A stretch of DNA of 64,000 nt from an uncultured delta proteobacterium. Lineage in GTDB: Bacteria > Myxococcota_A > Polyangia > Polyangiales > B10-G4. The DNA is taken from NCBI GenBank assembly GCA_963727445.1, contig CAVSGI010000010.1:1472001-1536000 (forward strand). The letters are read 5' to 3'. Below the pieces are notes generated by a model. The model searched no databases, was not told the DNA's origin, and saw nothing but the letters and a program-made list of their open reading frames with translations. The position numbers and the translations under genes were made by a program. Shown here piece by piece: positions 19,618 to 29,176 of this stretch; within the stretch, counting starts at the first letter, position 1, and every line of letters begins with the position of its first letter.

Positions 19618-20495
19618 CGGCAGCGGAAGAGCTCGGGCCGGTACTCGAAGTGGAAGGTGTCGTAGTGGTACCAGCGCCCGCCCCAGGCGAAGCCATGGGA
19701 CTCGAAGAGGTCGACGAGGGAGCGCGGCATGTGACTCTGCCACCGTCCCTCGAAAGGCCGCTGCCACCGCCAGTACTCCCCACAGGAGGTGTTGAGGTCG
19801 ACCGCGATGCCGAAGGCATGGGGCGAGAGGCGCTCGGTGCCGCGAATGGTGCGGTGGAAGAACGAGCCGATGGGTGGTTCGACGCAGGGGCGCGCCTCGG
19901 CGGGCAGGCCTGACAGCTCGCCGATGATCTGGCGGAGCGCATCCGCCGCGCCATTGCGCGACGAGAAGCGCACGCTGCCGCCGCCCGGCCAGGGGATGCG
20001 CGTGAGATGCGCGCGAACCGCCCGCTCGCTCGCGCCGTATGCGTTCTCGAGGAGCATCGCGTGTCGAACGCGGCCGGGCTCGACGTTTTCACCAGGCGGG
20101 CTCGGATCGCTGCCCGCCGGATAGGGCTGCGCGAGGGTGTCTTCGAGGTCGGGATCGTCGAGTCGCGTCTCGTAGTCCTTTTCGCGACCGTCGTCCCACG
20201 GCGCCTCACGCCCGTCGGCGAAGACCGCCACCCAAACTCCGTCGCGCTGGACCACCTCTCGGATCGCGTCTGGGTAGCTCTCGGCGAGGCAGGTGAGCGC
20301 GGCGGGCGCCTGAGAGCCCTCTGCGGGAACCTCCTCCGGCTCGCGCGGCCGCGTAGCCGGCTCCACGGACGCGACGGATCTCTCAGGCCGGGGATCGGAG
20401 GTCAGAGGGCCGGGCGGCGCCGTCTCCGCGCATCCCCAGGCAAAGAGCGCCAGGAGCACCGAGAGTCTGACAAACGAGCCTCGCCACCTCAGCAC
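19614..20495 (-). CDS. M15 family (D-Ala-D-Ala carboxypeptidase-like) metallopeptidase lipoprotein
   Basis: SPHAFGIAVDLN, FESHGFAWGGRWYHYDTFHFEYRPEL; lipobox FAWGC; start uncertain. Confidence 0.85.
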   Translation of the reverse strand: MLRWRGSFVRLSVLLALFAWGCAETAPPGPLTSDPRPERSVASVEPATRPREPEEVPAEGSQAPAALTCLAESYPDAIREVVQRDGVWVAVFADGREAPWDDGREKDYETRLDDPDLEDTLAQPYPAGSDPSPPGENVEPGRVRHAMLLENAYGASERAVRAHLTRIPWPGGGSVRFSSRNGAADALRQIIGELSGLPAEARPCVEPPIGSFFHRTIRGTERLSPHAFGIAVDLNTSCGEYWRWQRPFEGRWQSHMPRSLVDLFESHGFAWGGRWYHYDTFHFEYRPELFRCR

Positions 20496-20525
20496 GGATT
20501 CGGTAGCCTCCGCGACGAGGAGAAA

Positions 20526-21020
20526 ATGCGCATGTCTTCGAGGCTCGTCGTCATCGTCATCGCCGCCCTTTTCGCGGCTTCTGGATGCTCCACCGCGATC
20601 GCGCTCACCGACAAGGGGCAGCTGGTCCACGTGGCCAACGACGCCGATCTTCCCATGGGGTGCAACCTCATCGGCGACATCCCCATCGGCCTGCAGGCCG
20701 ACGCCGCGCGGCCACGCACCGAGGACGAGCTGGTCATCCTCATGCGGAACAAGACCGGCGAGCAGGGGGGGACCCACGTGGTCGTCGACTCCAAGGAGCA
20801 GCGCGGCCAGACCGAAGAGGGACGCCGCTGGGTCGGACGTGGCCGGGGATACCGGTGTCCGGCGTCCACGGCCCAGGTGACGCCCTCGGAGGAAGGCGAC
20901 GACGACACCGTGCTCGAAGAGGAGACCTCGGGTGGTGAAGAAGAGGGCGCAGAAGGTGAAGGTGACGGTGACGGCGAAGAAGGCGGCGGCGACACGCTGA
21001 ACGACGAAGACCTTCTCTGA
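20526..21020 (+). CDS. DUF4156-like lipoprotein with acidic tail
   Basis: AASGC lipobox, LTDKGQLVHV...GCNLIG...MRNKTGEQGGTHVV...YRC; E/D/G-rich tail. Confidence 0.7.
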   Translation: MRMSSRLVVIVIAALFAASGCSTAIALTDKGQLVHVANDADLPMGCNLIGDIPIGLQADAARPRTEDELVILMRNKTGEQGGTHVVVDSKEQRGQTEEGRRWVGRGRGYRCPASTAQVTPSEEGDDDTVLEEETSGGEEEGAEGEGDGDGEEGGGDTLNDEDLL

Positions 21021-21027
21021 GCCGCGC

Positions 21028-21942
21028 TCACTCCTTCGCGAGGGCGTCCAGGATCGACTCGAGGTCGGCCGGGATCCCCATCGCGTGGTAGCCCTTGTCG
21101 ACGTGCACCACCGTTCCGGTGATCCCGCGCGCGAGCGGGCTCGAGAGGAACGCCGCCGTCGCCCCGACCTCGAAGGCCTCGAGCGCCTCCGGCAGCGGTG
21201 ATGCGAGCTTATAGAAGTCGATCACCCGCTTGATGAAGCCGATGGCGGAGGCCGCGCGCGACGCGTAAGGCCCCGCGCTGATCGAATTGACGCGGACGCC
21301 CCACTTGCGCCCCGCCTCGAAGGCGAGGGTGCGGGTGTCGCTCTCGAGGGCGGCCTTCGCGGAGCTCATGCCGCCGCCGTAGCCCGGCACCACGCGCTCG
21401 CCCGCGAGGTAGGTGAGGTTGAGGAAGCTGCCGCCGGGACGCATCAGCGGCCCGAGGTGCTGCACGAGCGAGACGAACGAATAGGCGCTCGCGCCGAGGG
21501 CGCCGAGGTAGCCGTTTCGGCTCGTCTCGAGGAGCGGATTCTTCACCTCGGGCCCGTTGGCGAGGCTGTGCACGACGACGTCGATGCAGGCGTCGCCGAA
21601 GTCGCCCTTCATCGCGCTGGCGAGGCCCTCGATGCTGAAGTCCCCGCGGTCGCGGTAGCGCTTGGACTCACGCAGCTCCGCGGGCGCGTCCTCGAGGCGG
21701 TCGAAGTCGGCGTCGAGGGGGTAGATCTTCTCGAAGCTCATGTCCTCGCCGGAGGCGAGCTTCATGTCCATCTTCCCGCGCCGGAGCAGCGTCTCGAAGA
21801 TGGTCATCGCCGGCGGCCAGGTCCCGACGCAGACCGTCGCCCCCGCCTCGATCATCGCCTTGGCGATGGCGAATCCGAACCCGCCGTCGTCGGCCACGCC
21901 GGCGACGAGCACACGCTTACCCGAAAGGTCGATTCCCAGCAT
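21028..21942 (-). CDS. fabI: Enoyl-[ACP] reductase, plant/chlamydial-like FabI subtype
   Basis: AGVADDGGFGFAIAK, VGTWPP, HSLANGPEV..PLLETSRNGYL, PGYGGGMSSAKAALESDTRTLAFEAG. Confidence 0.9.
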   Translation of the reverse strand: MLGIDLSGKRVLVAGVADDGGFGFAIAKAMIEAGATVCVGTWPPAMTIFETLLRRGKMDMKLASGEDMSFEKIYPLDADFDRLEDAPAELRESKRYRDRGDFSIEGLASAMKGDFGDACIDVVVHSLANGPEVKNPLLETSRNGYLGALGASAYSFVSLVQHLGPLMRPGGSFLNLTYLAGERVVPGYGGGMSSAKAALESDTRTLAFEAGRKWGVRVNSISAGPYASRAASAIGFIKRVIDFYKLASPLPEALEAFEVGATAAFLSSPLARGITGTVVHVDKGYHAMGIPADLESILDALAKE

Positions 21943-22014
21943 TTCGGGCGAACCCTCGACGACGCCGGAGGCGCCGTCAAGCCCGACGGCGCCCCCCGAC
22001 GCAGCGGGCGCCCC

Positions 22015-22386
22015 TCACCGCCCGTAGAAGAACTCTTCTTTCACGATCTTCCCGTCTTCGACGGTGAAGAGCCCGACCTCGTCCATCTGCATCCGCTGCC
22101 CGGTGGGACGGTTGGTGACGTCGTAATCGAAGCGGACTGCGAAGCGGTCCTCACCGTGGGGATAAGGCCCCTGGACGCCGGCGGAATGCACCTCGTGGAT
22201 CTCGGCCCACATCTCGTTCTTGCCGCGCACGGCGTCGATGCCCTTGGTGACGCGATCGCCCCCGTTCGGCGGAGGTGCCGCCTCGATGCTCACCACGTCC
22301 TTCGCGTAGAAGGTGTTCACGCACTCGACGTTCTTGCCCTCGCGGCACAGCTCGACCAGGCGCTTTCCGATCTCGTTCGCGTTCAT
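22015..22386 (-). CDS. SnoaL-like / NTF2 family protein
   Basis: LVELCREGK...YAKDVVSIEA...MDEVGLFTVEDGKIVKEEFFY. Confidence 0.85.
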   Translation of the reverse strand: MNANEIGKRLVELCREGKNVECVNTFYAKDVVSIEAAPPPNGGDRVTKGIDAVRGKNEMWAEIHEVHSAGVQGPYPHGEDRFAVRFDYDVTNRPTGQRMQMDEVGLFTVEDGKIVKEEFFYGR

Positions 22387-24679
22387 GTCTGAAGTCCCTC
22401 CTCGCCGGCGGTCGTCGCCGGCTCCATGGAGGTATGCGACAGTGCTCCTGTCAGCGTCGTGTCAGGAGCCTGTCGTGGGGCGACGAGGAGCTTCGAGAGG
22501 CCCTCGGCGAAGCGCAGCATCTCCTCGATCTCGTCGACCGTGGCGCGGCGCATCAGGGTCTTGAAGACCACCAGCTCGTCGCCGTTGCTCTCGACGTGAT
22601 AGACGGGCTCCTCCTCGAAGAACGAAACCAGCGCTGGGCTCATGAGCGCGACGATGGCTCGTTCGTCCGGACCCTTGAGCGAGTACTTCCGCGAAAACGC
22701 AGGGCTGCCTTCGAGCTCGATGTCGTGAAGGCCAGCCAGCTCGAGGGCGCGTTCGAGCAGTCCCTCCTTCTCCATCACCAGCTCCGGGAGCACGAAGGGC
22801 AAGCGGATCACCTGCACCGTGGTGTGATAGACCTCCGGGATCAGCGCACCCTCGTCGAAGGTCACGTCGCAGAGCATGACCTCGAGCTCGTGCTCGCCGA
22901 TGGCGTGGCTGCCGGTCACGACGGTGTCGCGGTACTCGATGGGGTGCATCCGGAAGAACTCGAAGTAGTCGAGGTGCTCCGGGTCCCAGTCACGCCGGGC
23001 ATCGAACTCCCATCCCCGCGCCTTCGCGAGCTCCGCGATCTTCCGCTGCCGCGCGGTGAGCCGGCGCTCGTGCTTGGCGCGCTGCTGCGCGTGCAGAGCG
23101 TCCGGATGATCGGAGATCGCGGTGTGTGATTCGAGCCCGATGAGCTCGAAAGACGCGTCCTTGAACGCCATCAGCTGCCGGCGCCGGAGCTCGTGGCAGT
23201 ACTCGAGGAAGGTCGTGTCGACCAGCGTGGCTGAGTGGAAGTCGAGGACGATCCGCTCCCCCTTGGGCACCTCGGCATAGGCGCGCTTGAGCCGCGGAAT
23301 GGCCAGACAGCTCGCGATACCGCGGATGCGAAGAAGATACGGACCGTCGCCCTCGTGCTTGATCTCGATCTCGGTCTCGCGGAGCAGCCGCCACGCTTCG
23401 CGCGGGGGCAGGCCCACGATGAGGAAGTGGCCCAGCATCTCGGCGAGGAAGCCCACCACAATCCCCCACAGGAGCCCCCAGCTCATGGTGGCCACGACGG
23501 TGACGCCATAGACGATGAAGTGATCAGGCCCCTTGTGAATCGTGTCCCGCACGACGTGGGGCGCGGCCAGCTTGTAGCCCGTGTAGACCAGGATCGCGGC
23601 CAGGGCCGAGAGCGCGATCTCCTCGATCGCAGATTCGAGCAGAACCACGAAGGCGAGGACGATCATGCCGTGGAAGAAGTTCGACCACCCCGTCTTGGCG
23701 CCGTGGTTCGCGTTGACGGAGCTGCGCGCGATCACCGTCAGCACCGGTAGACCGCCGAGCATCCCGGAGACCATCGAGGAGAGGCCCATCGCCACCAGGT
23801 CGCGATCGAGGCCCGAGCGGCGCCGGTGGGGGTCGAGCTTGTCGACGGCCTTGACGCTCACCACGTTCTCGATGGAGGTGACGAGGGTCATCGTCATCAC
23901 GACGAACCAGAACCGCGGCTCACCGATGCGGGAGAAGTCCGGGTGAACGAGGCTCCCCAGGAGATCGTCGGGAATGTGCACCAGGAGCGAATCCGACAAG
24001 CCCGCATGTCGCGTGAACGCCAGGGCCAGGGGCGCGCTGATGATCACCACCCAGAGAGGCGCCGGCACGTAGTGGACGACCTTCGCCTTGATGCGTGGGT
24101 GAACGATCATGACGGTCAGGCTCACGAAGCCGATCGAGCGCGGCCAGCGGCTCGAGCCCCACCACCGTCTCCGGGAAGCGCTCGAAAGACGTCGATGGGG
24201 CTCGCGTGCGGGGCGCTGCCGCCGAAGAGCACGTGCGCCTGCTTGCCGACGATCATGAGGCCGATGGCGGACAACAGCCCCTGCACCACCGCAGCCGGGA
24301 TGAGATCGCCCAGCTTGCCGAGGCGGAAGAGGCCGAGCGCCACCTGCAGCCCACCCGCCACCACCACGGCGCCCAGGACGTGAGCGAAGGCCCCGCGGTC
24401 GTCGCCGAAGGTCGCGAGCCCCACCGCGACGACCACGATGAGGCTGTTGCCGGGTCCGTTGATGGCGAGGTGGCTGCCGCGCAGGAACGTGGCGAGGACG
24501 CCGGCTATCACCACCGAGACCAGGCCCGAGATCGGCGGCGCGCCCGCCGCCGTCGCGATGCCGAGGGCGAGCGGGAGCGCGACCAACGCGACGCTGAAAC
24601 CGGCGATCAGATCGTCGCGCCAGAAACGGGCGAGGCCCCGGAGATCGGTGCGGGGCGGATCCTTGGATGACGGCTTCAA
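22383..24679 (-). pseudogene. SulP/SLC26 anion permease with C-terminal extension, frameshifted near 24135-24175 (possibly sequencing error)
   Basis: N-part in ORF 24122..24679 (DLIAGFSVALVALPLALGIA, GPGNS); C-part in ORF 22383.. (VIARSSVN, LAAILVYTGYKL, STAS-like). Confidence 0.8.
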
Positions 24680-24700
24680 CGCGCTTCCTCTTCGTCCTGA

Positions 24701-26272
24701 CTACGTCGCTCGGGCCGGCTTGTCTGGAGCTGGGGGGCGCTCGGTCAAGGGCTTGGGCGCCATCCGGGCGCGGGGCGTGTGCTTTCCCTGCAGATGCTCC
24801 CACTGGAGTAGGACGGTGCCGCCGCTCGCCTCGTAGGTGTCGCTCCAGCTCTTCATCTGCTCGAGGCACGCGAAGTCGACGTGCACCAGTCGGTCGAGCT
24901 GGACGTGGACGCGCTGACCTCGCGGAAGCGCCTCCAGGGCCTCGGCCAGACGCGGGAGGCTGAGGAAGGTCGCCGCGCCCTCGAGGTGCACGTCGATGCG
25001 ATCCTCGTGGACCTCGGTCTCCACCGAGAGATGACTGAAGGTGTAGATCAGGTGCCCAAAGGACAACACGATGCCGACGATCACGCCGGTGAGCAGGTCG
25101 GTCGCCACGATGGCCGACAGAGTGATCACGGTGATCGCGAAATCGAGCCGGCTACGCCGCCAAACGGCGCGCAGGCCCTCGAGGTCGAGGAGCTTGTAGC
25201 CGGTGTAGACGAGGATGGCGGCGAGCGCCGATCGCGGGATCGTCTCCAGGACGAAGGGGAAGGCGACGACCAGGAGGAGCAGCCACACGCCGTGGAAGAT
25301 GGCGCTCGAACGGGTCTTGGCGCCCGCGTCCACGTTGGCCGACGAGCGCACGATGACGCCAGTCATCGGTAGCGCGCCCACCGCGCCGCAGAGCACGTTG
25401 CCCACGCCCTGCGCGATCAGCTCCTTGTCGTAGCGGGTCCGCGGTCCATCGTGCATGCGATCGACCGCCGATGCACAGAGGAGGGTCTCCGCGCTCGCGA
25501 TGAGCCCGACCGCGAAGCACTCCTCGAGGAACTTTGGATCGCCCAGGAGCGCGAAGCTCTCGGCGGTGGGGATGTTGAAGCCGGCCGTGAGGTCCGCGGG
25601 GATCGCGACGTACACGATGGGGAGCGCGTAGAGGGCGGCGCCAGCGGTGCCCACCACGACGCCGATCAGCGGGCCGGGGACCGCCTTGAGCCTGTCGGGC
25701 TTGAATTGATTCCAGGCGACGAGCGAGGCGATGGTCGCGATGCCCACCATGGCCGCGTGCTGATGGATCCCGGAGGCCGTCGCGAACAGCCCCTCCTTCA
25801 CAGCCGCGGGAATGGTGAACAGGTTCGACAGACCGCTCGCCTTGGGCTCGTCGTCCAACATCACGTGGAACTGGCTCCCCAGGATCAGCGCGCCGATCCC
25901 GGCGAGCATCCCCTTGATGACGGCGGGCGAGACCGCGCGGAACCAGCGCCCGATCCGGAAGAGGCCGGCCAGGATCTGAAGGCCGCCTCCCACCAGGACG
26001 GCGACGCCTAGGGCCGGCAGCCCGTAGTCCTGCACCAGCTGGTAGACGAGCACGGCCAGACCGGCGGCGGGTCCACTCACCTGCAGGGGCGAGCCAGCGA
26101 TGAAGCCGACGACCAGACCACCCACGATCCCGGTGATGAGACCGAGAGCTGGGGGCACGCCGGAGGCGATGGCGATGCCCATGCACAGGGGCAGGGCCAC
26201 CAGAAATACGACGACCGACGCGAGTAGGTCGCGTGGGAAGTTCGCGCGGATGTCTCTTAGCTCTTCGAGCAT
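24701..26272 (-). CDS. SulP/SLC26 inorganic anion permease
   Basis: DLLASVVVFLVALPLCMGIAIASG, QVSGPAAGL, TGVIVRSSANV, LAAILVYTGYKL. Confidence 0.93.
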   Translation of the reverse strand: MLEELRDIRANFPRDLLASVVVFLVALPLCMGIAIASGVPPALGLITGIVGGLVVGFIAGSPLQVSGPAAGLAVLVYQLVQDYGLPALGVAVLVGGGLQILAGLFRIGRWFRAVSPAVIKGMLAGIGALILGSQFHVMLDDEPKASGLSNLFTIPAAVKEGLFATASGIHQHAAMVGIATIASLVAWNQFKPDRLKAVPGPLIGVVVGTAGAALYALPIVYVAIPADLTAGFNIPTAESFALLGDPKFLEECFAVGLIASAETLLCASAVDRMHDGPRTRYDKELIAQGVGNVLCGAVGALPMTGVIVRSSANVDAGAKTRSSAIFHGVWLLLLVVAFPFVLETIPRSALAAILVYTGYKLLDLEGLRAVWRRSRLDFAITVITLSAIVATDLLTGVIVGIVLSFGHLIYTFSHLSVETEVHEDRIDVHLEGAATFLSLPRLAEALEALPRGQRVHVQLDRLVHVDFACLEQMKSWSDTYEASGGTVLLQWEHLQGKHTPRARMAPKPLTERPPAPDKPARAT

Positions 26273-26404
26273 GGTCGAACGTTCTCCTGTTCACGGTTGT
26301 CGACGTCGATGCACCGCCGGCGAATACCGGCGGCGATCGGCAGGCCGAGCCGAGGCCCTTCGCCGACCGAGGTCAGCGAAGGGTGGGCGTGCGGCTCGGA
26401 CCGA

Positions 26405-26728
26405 CTACGCGCGTGGAGGTCGTTCGAACTCGTCTGGTGGAGCGTGCGCCGGGCTGTCGCTCACCGAGGCCAGGATCGGCCGGGAGGAGAGCGCGAAGGC
26501 CGCGGCGACCATCACCGAGGCTTCGTCATCCTCGACCTCGAGGAGGTCGACGGCGTCGGGGCCCGGCTGTTCGAAGTGAGCTCCGTCGGGCTGGTCGTGC
26601 TCGATCGACGCCTCGTCGACGTCGAGGACGCTCTGCGCCGCCACGGCCCCACCGATTTCGAGGGGGAAGAGCGCGACCAGGAGGAGCGCTGCCACGAGCC
26701 GTGACGAGGACGATTGCACCGGCTTCAT
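26405..26728 (-). CDS. Small exported/leader protein ending ERPPRA
   Basis: Signal-like N-terminus, acidic middle, C-terminal RPPRA; directly upstream of the SulP pair. Confidence 0.55.
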   Translation of the reverse strand: MKPVQSSSSRLVAALLLVALFPLEIGGAVAAQSVLDVDEASIEHDQPDGAHFEQPGPDAVDLLEVEDDEASVMVAAAFALSSRPILASVSDSPAHAPPDEFERPPRA

Positions 26729-26752
26729 GTTAACGCCGGCATGGCCAGATAG

Positions 26753-27691
26753 CTAGTCGTCGAAGTGGGCCGCTGTTTGGGGACGGCGATCGACCTCGAA
26801 GCTGAAGACGTCGGGTCTGTTGTAATGGCCGGCGACATCGAGGCTGCGGCGCGATGCGCGCGCTCGATCGGCGTCCACCTCCGCGTAGAGGATGCCCGGC
26901 TCTCCGTCGAGAGGGCCGGCGATGATCCTGCCCCCCGGCTCTGCGACCAGGCTCATCCCGCGGTTGATTCGCTCGTCCGGGTCGGCGAAGAGCTGGTCGC
27001 GCCCCGGAAACCCGCTGGGGACGTCGGATCCGCGCATCGCGCTACAGCAACTGGCCACGTAGCAGCGGCCCTCCCGCGCGATGTGCTGCATCGTGCCGAC
27101 CCAACCGTCGCTGCTGTCCCAGGTCGGCGCGAGGTAGAGATCGATGCCCTGGGCGTACAGGGCCATGCGCGCGAGGGGCATGAAGTTTTCCCAGCAGATG
27201 AGCGAGCCGACGCGCCCTACAGGTGTCTGAACTACGCGAAGGCCCCGCGCATCGCCGAAGCCCCAGACCATCCGCTCGGGATTGGTGGGCATGAGCTTGC
27301 GATGGACGTTGGCGATCGCGCCGTCGTTCTCGATGTGCACGTAGCTGTTGAAGAGCGTCGAGCGACTCTGGGCAGAGTCGATCTCGTCGATGCCGACGAG
27401 GATGTCGACGCCGTGCTTCTCGGCGACGGCCGTGAGTGGTCGCAGGTGACCGGCCGTGAGGTCGACGGCGCTCTTCAGCATCCACGCGTGGATCTCGTTG
27501 GACAGGCCCATGTCGCCGCCGGGACGCAGGCGCCACGCGTAGGTGGGATATCCGGGAACGTATGCCTCGGGGAAGACCACCAGCGCCGCGCCACCAGCGA
27601 CGGCCTCCTCGGCGAGGGAAGCGGCGCGGTCGAGGGTGGCGTCGCGATCTCCGAGAACGGAAGGATGTTGGACGAGCGCGATCTTCGGCAT
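26753..27691 (-). CDS. Nitrilase / carbon-nitrogen hydrolase
   Basis: Catalytic triad motifs FPEAY, HRKLMPT, ICWEN; LDVAGHYNRPD. Confidence 0.93.
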   Translation of the reverse strand: MPKIALVQHPSVLGDRDATLDRAASLAEEAVAGGAALVVFPEAYVPGYPTYAWRLRPGGDMGLSNEIHAWMLKSAVDLTAGHLRPLTAVAEKHGVDILVGIDEIDSAQSRSTLFNSYVHIENDGAIANVHRKLMPTNPERMVWGFGDARGLRVVQTPVGRVGSLICWENFMPLARMALYAQGIDLYLAPTWDSSDGWVGTMQHIAREGRCYVASCCSAMRGSDVPSGFPGRDQLFADPDERINRGMSLVAEPGGRIIAGPLDGEPGILYAEVDADRARASRRSLDVAGHYNRPDVFSFEVDRRPQTAAHFDD

Positions 27692-27733
27692 GCCGCCTTC
27701 TACCATGGGTGACGGAACCCGTATCCTCTGGTC

Positions 27734-28249
27734 GTGAGCCGCGGTTCCTATCGCTTGTTGGCGCTCCTCACGCTGCCCCTGCCGCTGCTGGCGGCCCACC
27801 TGAGCTACGACGCGATCCCCGAATGGCTCCCCGAGGACGTGCTCGTGCCCGCGGCGCTCCTTCGTATTCTCGGGTACCTGCTTCTGGTGCTGCTCTTCGT
27901 GTTGATCTGGGCCTCTCTTCTGGCGCCGCTACGCCGGCGCGCGGGCTTCAGGACGTTGGCGGAGCAGCTTTCCGACCGCAATCTCTCGACGGCGGTCGCC
28001 CGAGCGCAGGTGGCGCAGAAGGAGCGCGCCTCATCGAGCGATCCGAAGGTGCGCGCAGAGCATCACTTCACCTTCGCGCTGGTCAGCGGCCTGATGGGGA
28101 TCGCTGCCGTGGGGATCGGATATGCGCTGTGGCAGGAGGGCTACGTGATGGCCTTCGCCATCGCCGGAATCCTCGTGTGCCCGCCGCTCGCTCTCTACCA
28201 CGGCGTCCAGTGGCTGAGGGCGCTCAGTGCTTCACGACCCCGCTCATGA
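27734..28249 (+). CDS. Hypothetical membrane protein
   Basis: Four hydrophobic segments, GC3-rich codons. Confidence 0.65.
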   Translation: MSRGSYRLLALLTLPLPLLAAHLSYDAIPEWLPEDVLVPAALLRILGYLLLVLLFVLIWASLLAPLRRRAGFRTLAEQLSDRNLSTAVARAQVAQKERASSSDPKVRAEHHFTFALVSGLMGIAAVGIGYALWQEGYVMAFAIAGILVCPPLALYHGVQWLRALSASRPRS

Positions 28250-28577
28250 ATGCGGCGACGAGCGGGATCATCCACACGATGATCAACGACAGAAGCGTGG
28301 TGTCGAGCCGCCCGAGACGACGCGCGAGCGCGTGGGCGACCGGACGCGCTTCTTGGGGCGCCGACGCTCGGTGCTGGACGCCGAGCTCGTTCGCTACCGC
28401 GACCCGGAGCACCGCGAGGGATAGAAGCGCGATCGCGCCCGCGACCAGCAGCCAGGTCCAGATGCTGGCTGCAGCCGCCCCGAGCGCGAAGACGCTCGTC
28501 GTGACGGACCAGAGGATGAATGCGATGGCGATGTAGACGGGGGCGCTCATCACCTTGTTGTCGAGGGATCGTTGCAT
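28224..28577 (-). CDS. Hypothetical membrane protein
   Basis: GGAGG RBS upstream of ATG; three hydrophobic segments. Confidence 0.6.
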   Translation of the reverse strand: MQRSLDNKVMSAPVYIAIAFILWSVTTSVFALGAAAASIWTWLLVAGAIALLSLAVLRVAVANELGVQHRASAPQEARPVAHALARRLGRLDTTLLSLIIVWMIPLVAAFMSGVVKH

Positions 28578-28810
28578 CGTGAGCGCGCCCTCCAGCAATC
28601 CACGTGCCCTCGCGAGTCGCAAAATGCGCGTGCTTCGATCTCGCCGGAACTTTCAACGGGCTCGTGGCGAGAAGAGCAGCGATGCCGCGCCTCGCGGTCG
28701 GGTGTGCATGTCGCGGACGTTCACGAATAGCGGCGCGCTACACGACGAAAAGCGAACCCACGTTCACGCGACTATCTGGCGCGGAGCACCACTCGTTCCG
28801 CCACCTCCTA

Positions 28811-28908
28811 GGGGACGCTAGATTGACAATTGACTTCCGCCTTCTGCAAGGCGCGTTGATCTTCCAGAATCCGGGGTGGCGGAAGTCAATTGTCAACCTA
28901 GCGTCCCC
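28811..28908. repeat. Long palindromic (REP/MITE-like) element, copy 1
   Basis: 31-bp arms GGGGACGCTAGATTGACAATTGACTTCCGCC / GGCGGAAGTCAATTGTCAACCTAGCGTCCCC, 1 mismatch. Confidence 0.9.
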
Positions 28909-28937
28909 GCACTTCGAGGCTCACGACACGGGGCCCA

Positions 28938-29033
28938 GGGGACGCTAGGTTGACAATTGACTTTCGCCTTCTGCAAGGGGTCGGCCTTCCTGAATCCGGA
29001 GGGGCGAAAGTCAATTGTCAATCTAGCGTCCCC
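28938..29033. repeat. Long palindromic (REP/MITE-like) element, copy 2
   Basis: Arms GGGGACGCTAGGTTGACAATTGACTTTCGCC / GGCGAAAGTCAATTGTCAATCTAGCGTCCCC; loop similar to copy 1. Confidence 0.9.
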
Positions 29034-29176
29034 TCTGTCGCCCCCTCTGTCGAGCAAGGGCGGTGCCGAGAATTAATCGCCGAGATCGTTTCGGATCCGG
29101 GTGTGCGGACACGCAACGTTTGCTCGTTCACGCATCCTCGCTGGCCCGTCGCCGGCCGTGCGCTACGGTGCCCGCG

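Noticed and set aside
24120..24180. Programmed ribosomal frameshift in SulP
   Set aside because: No slippery heptamer; two separate single-base indels explain it better.
28811..29033. Sigma-70 promoters from TTGACA, or the short ORFs starting 'MTIDF'
   Set aside because: TTGACA is part of the repeat arm with no properly spaced -10 box; the ORFs 28950..29192 and the 5' part of 53154..54167 are just translations of the repeat.
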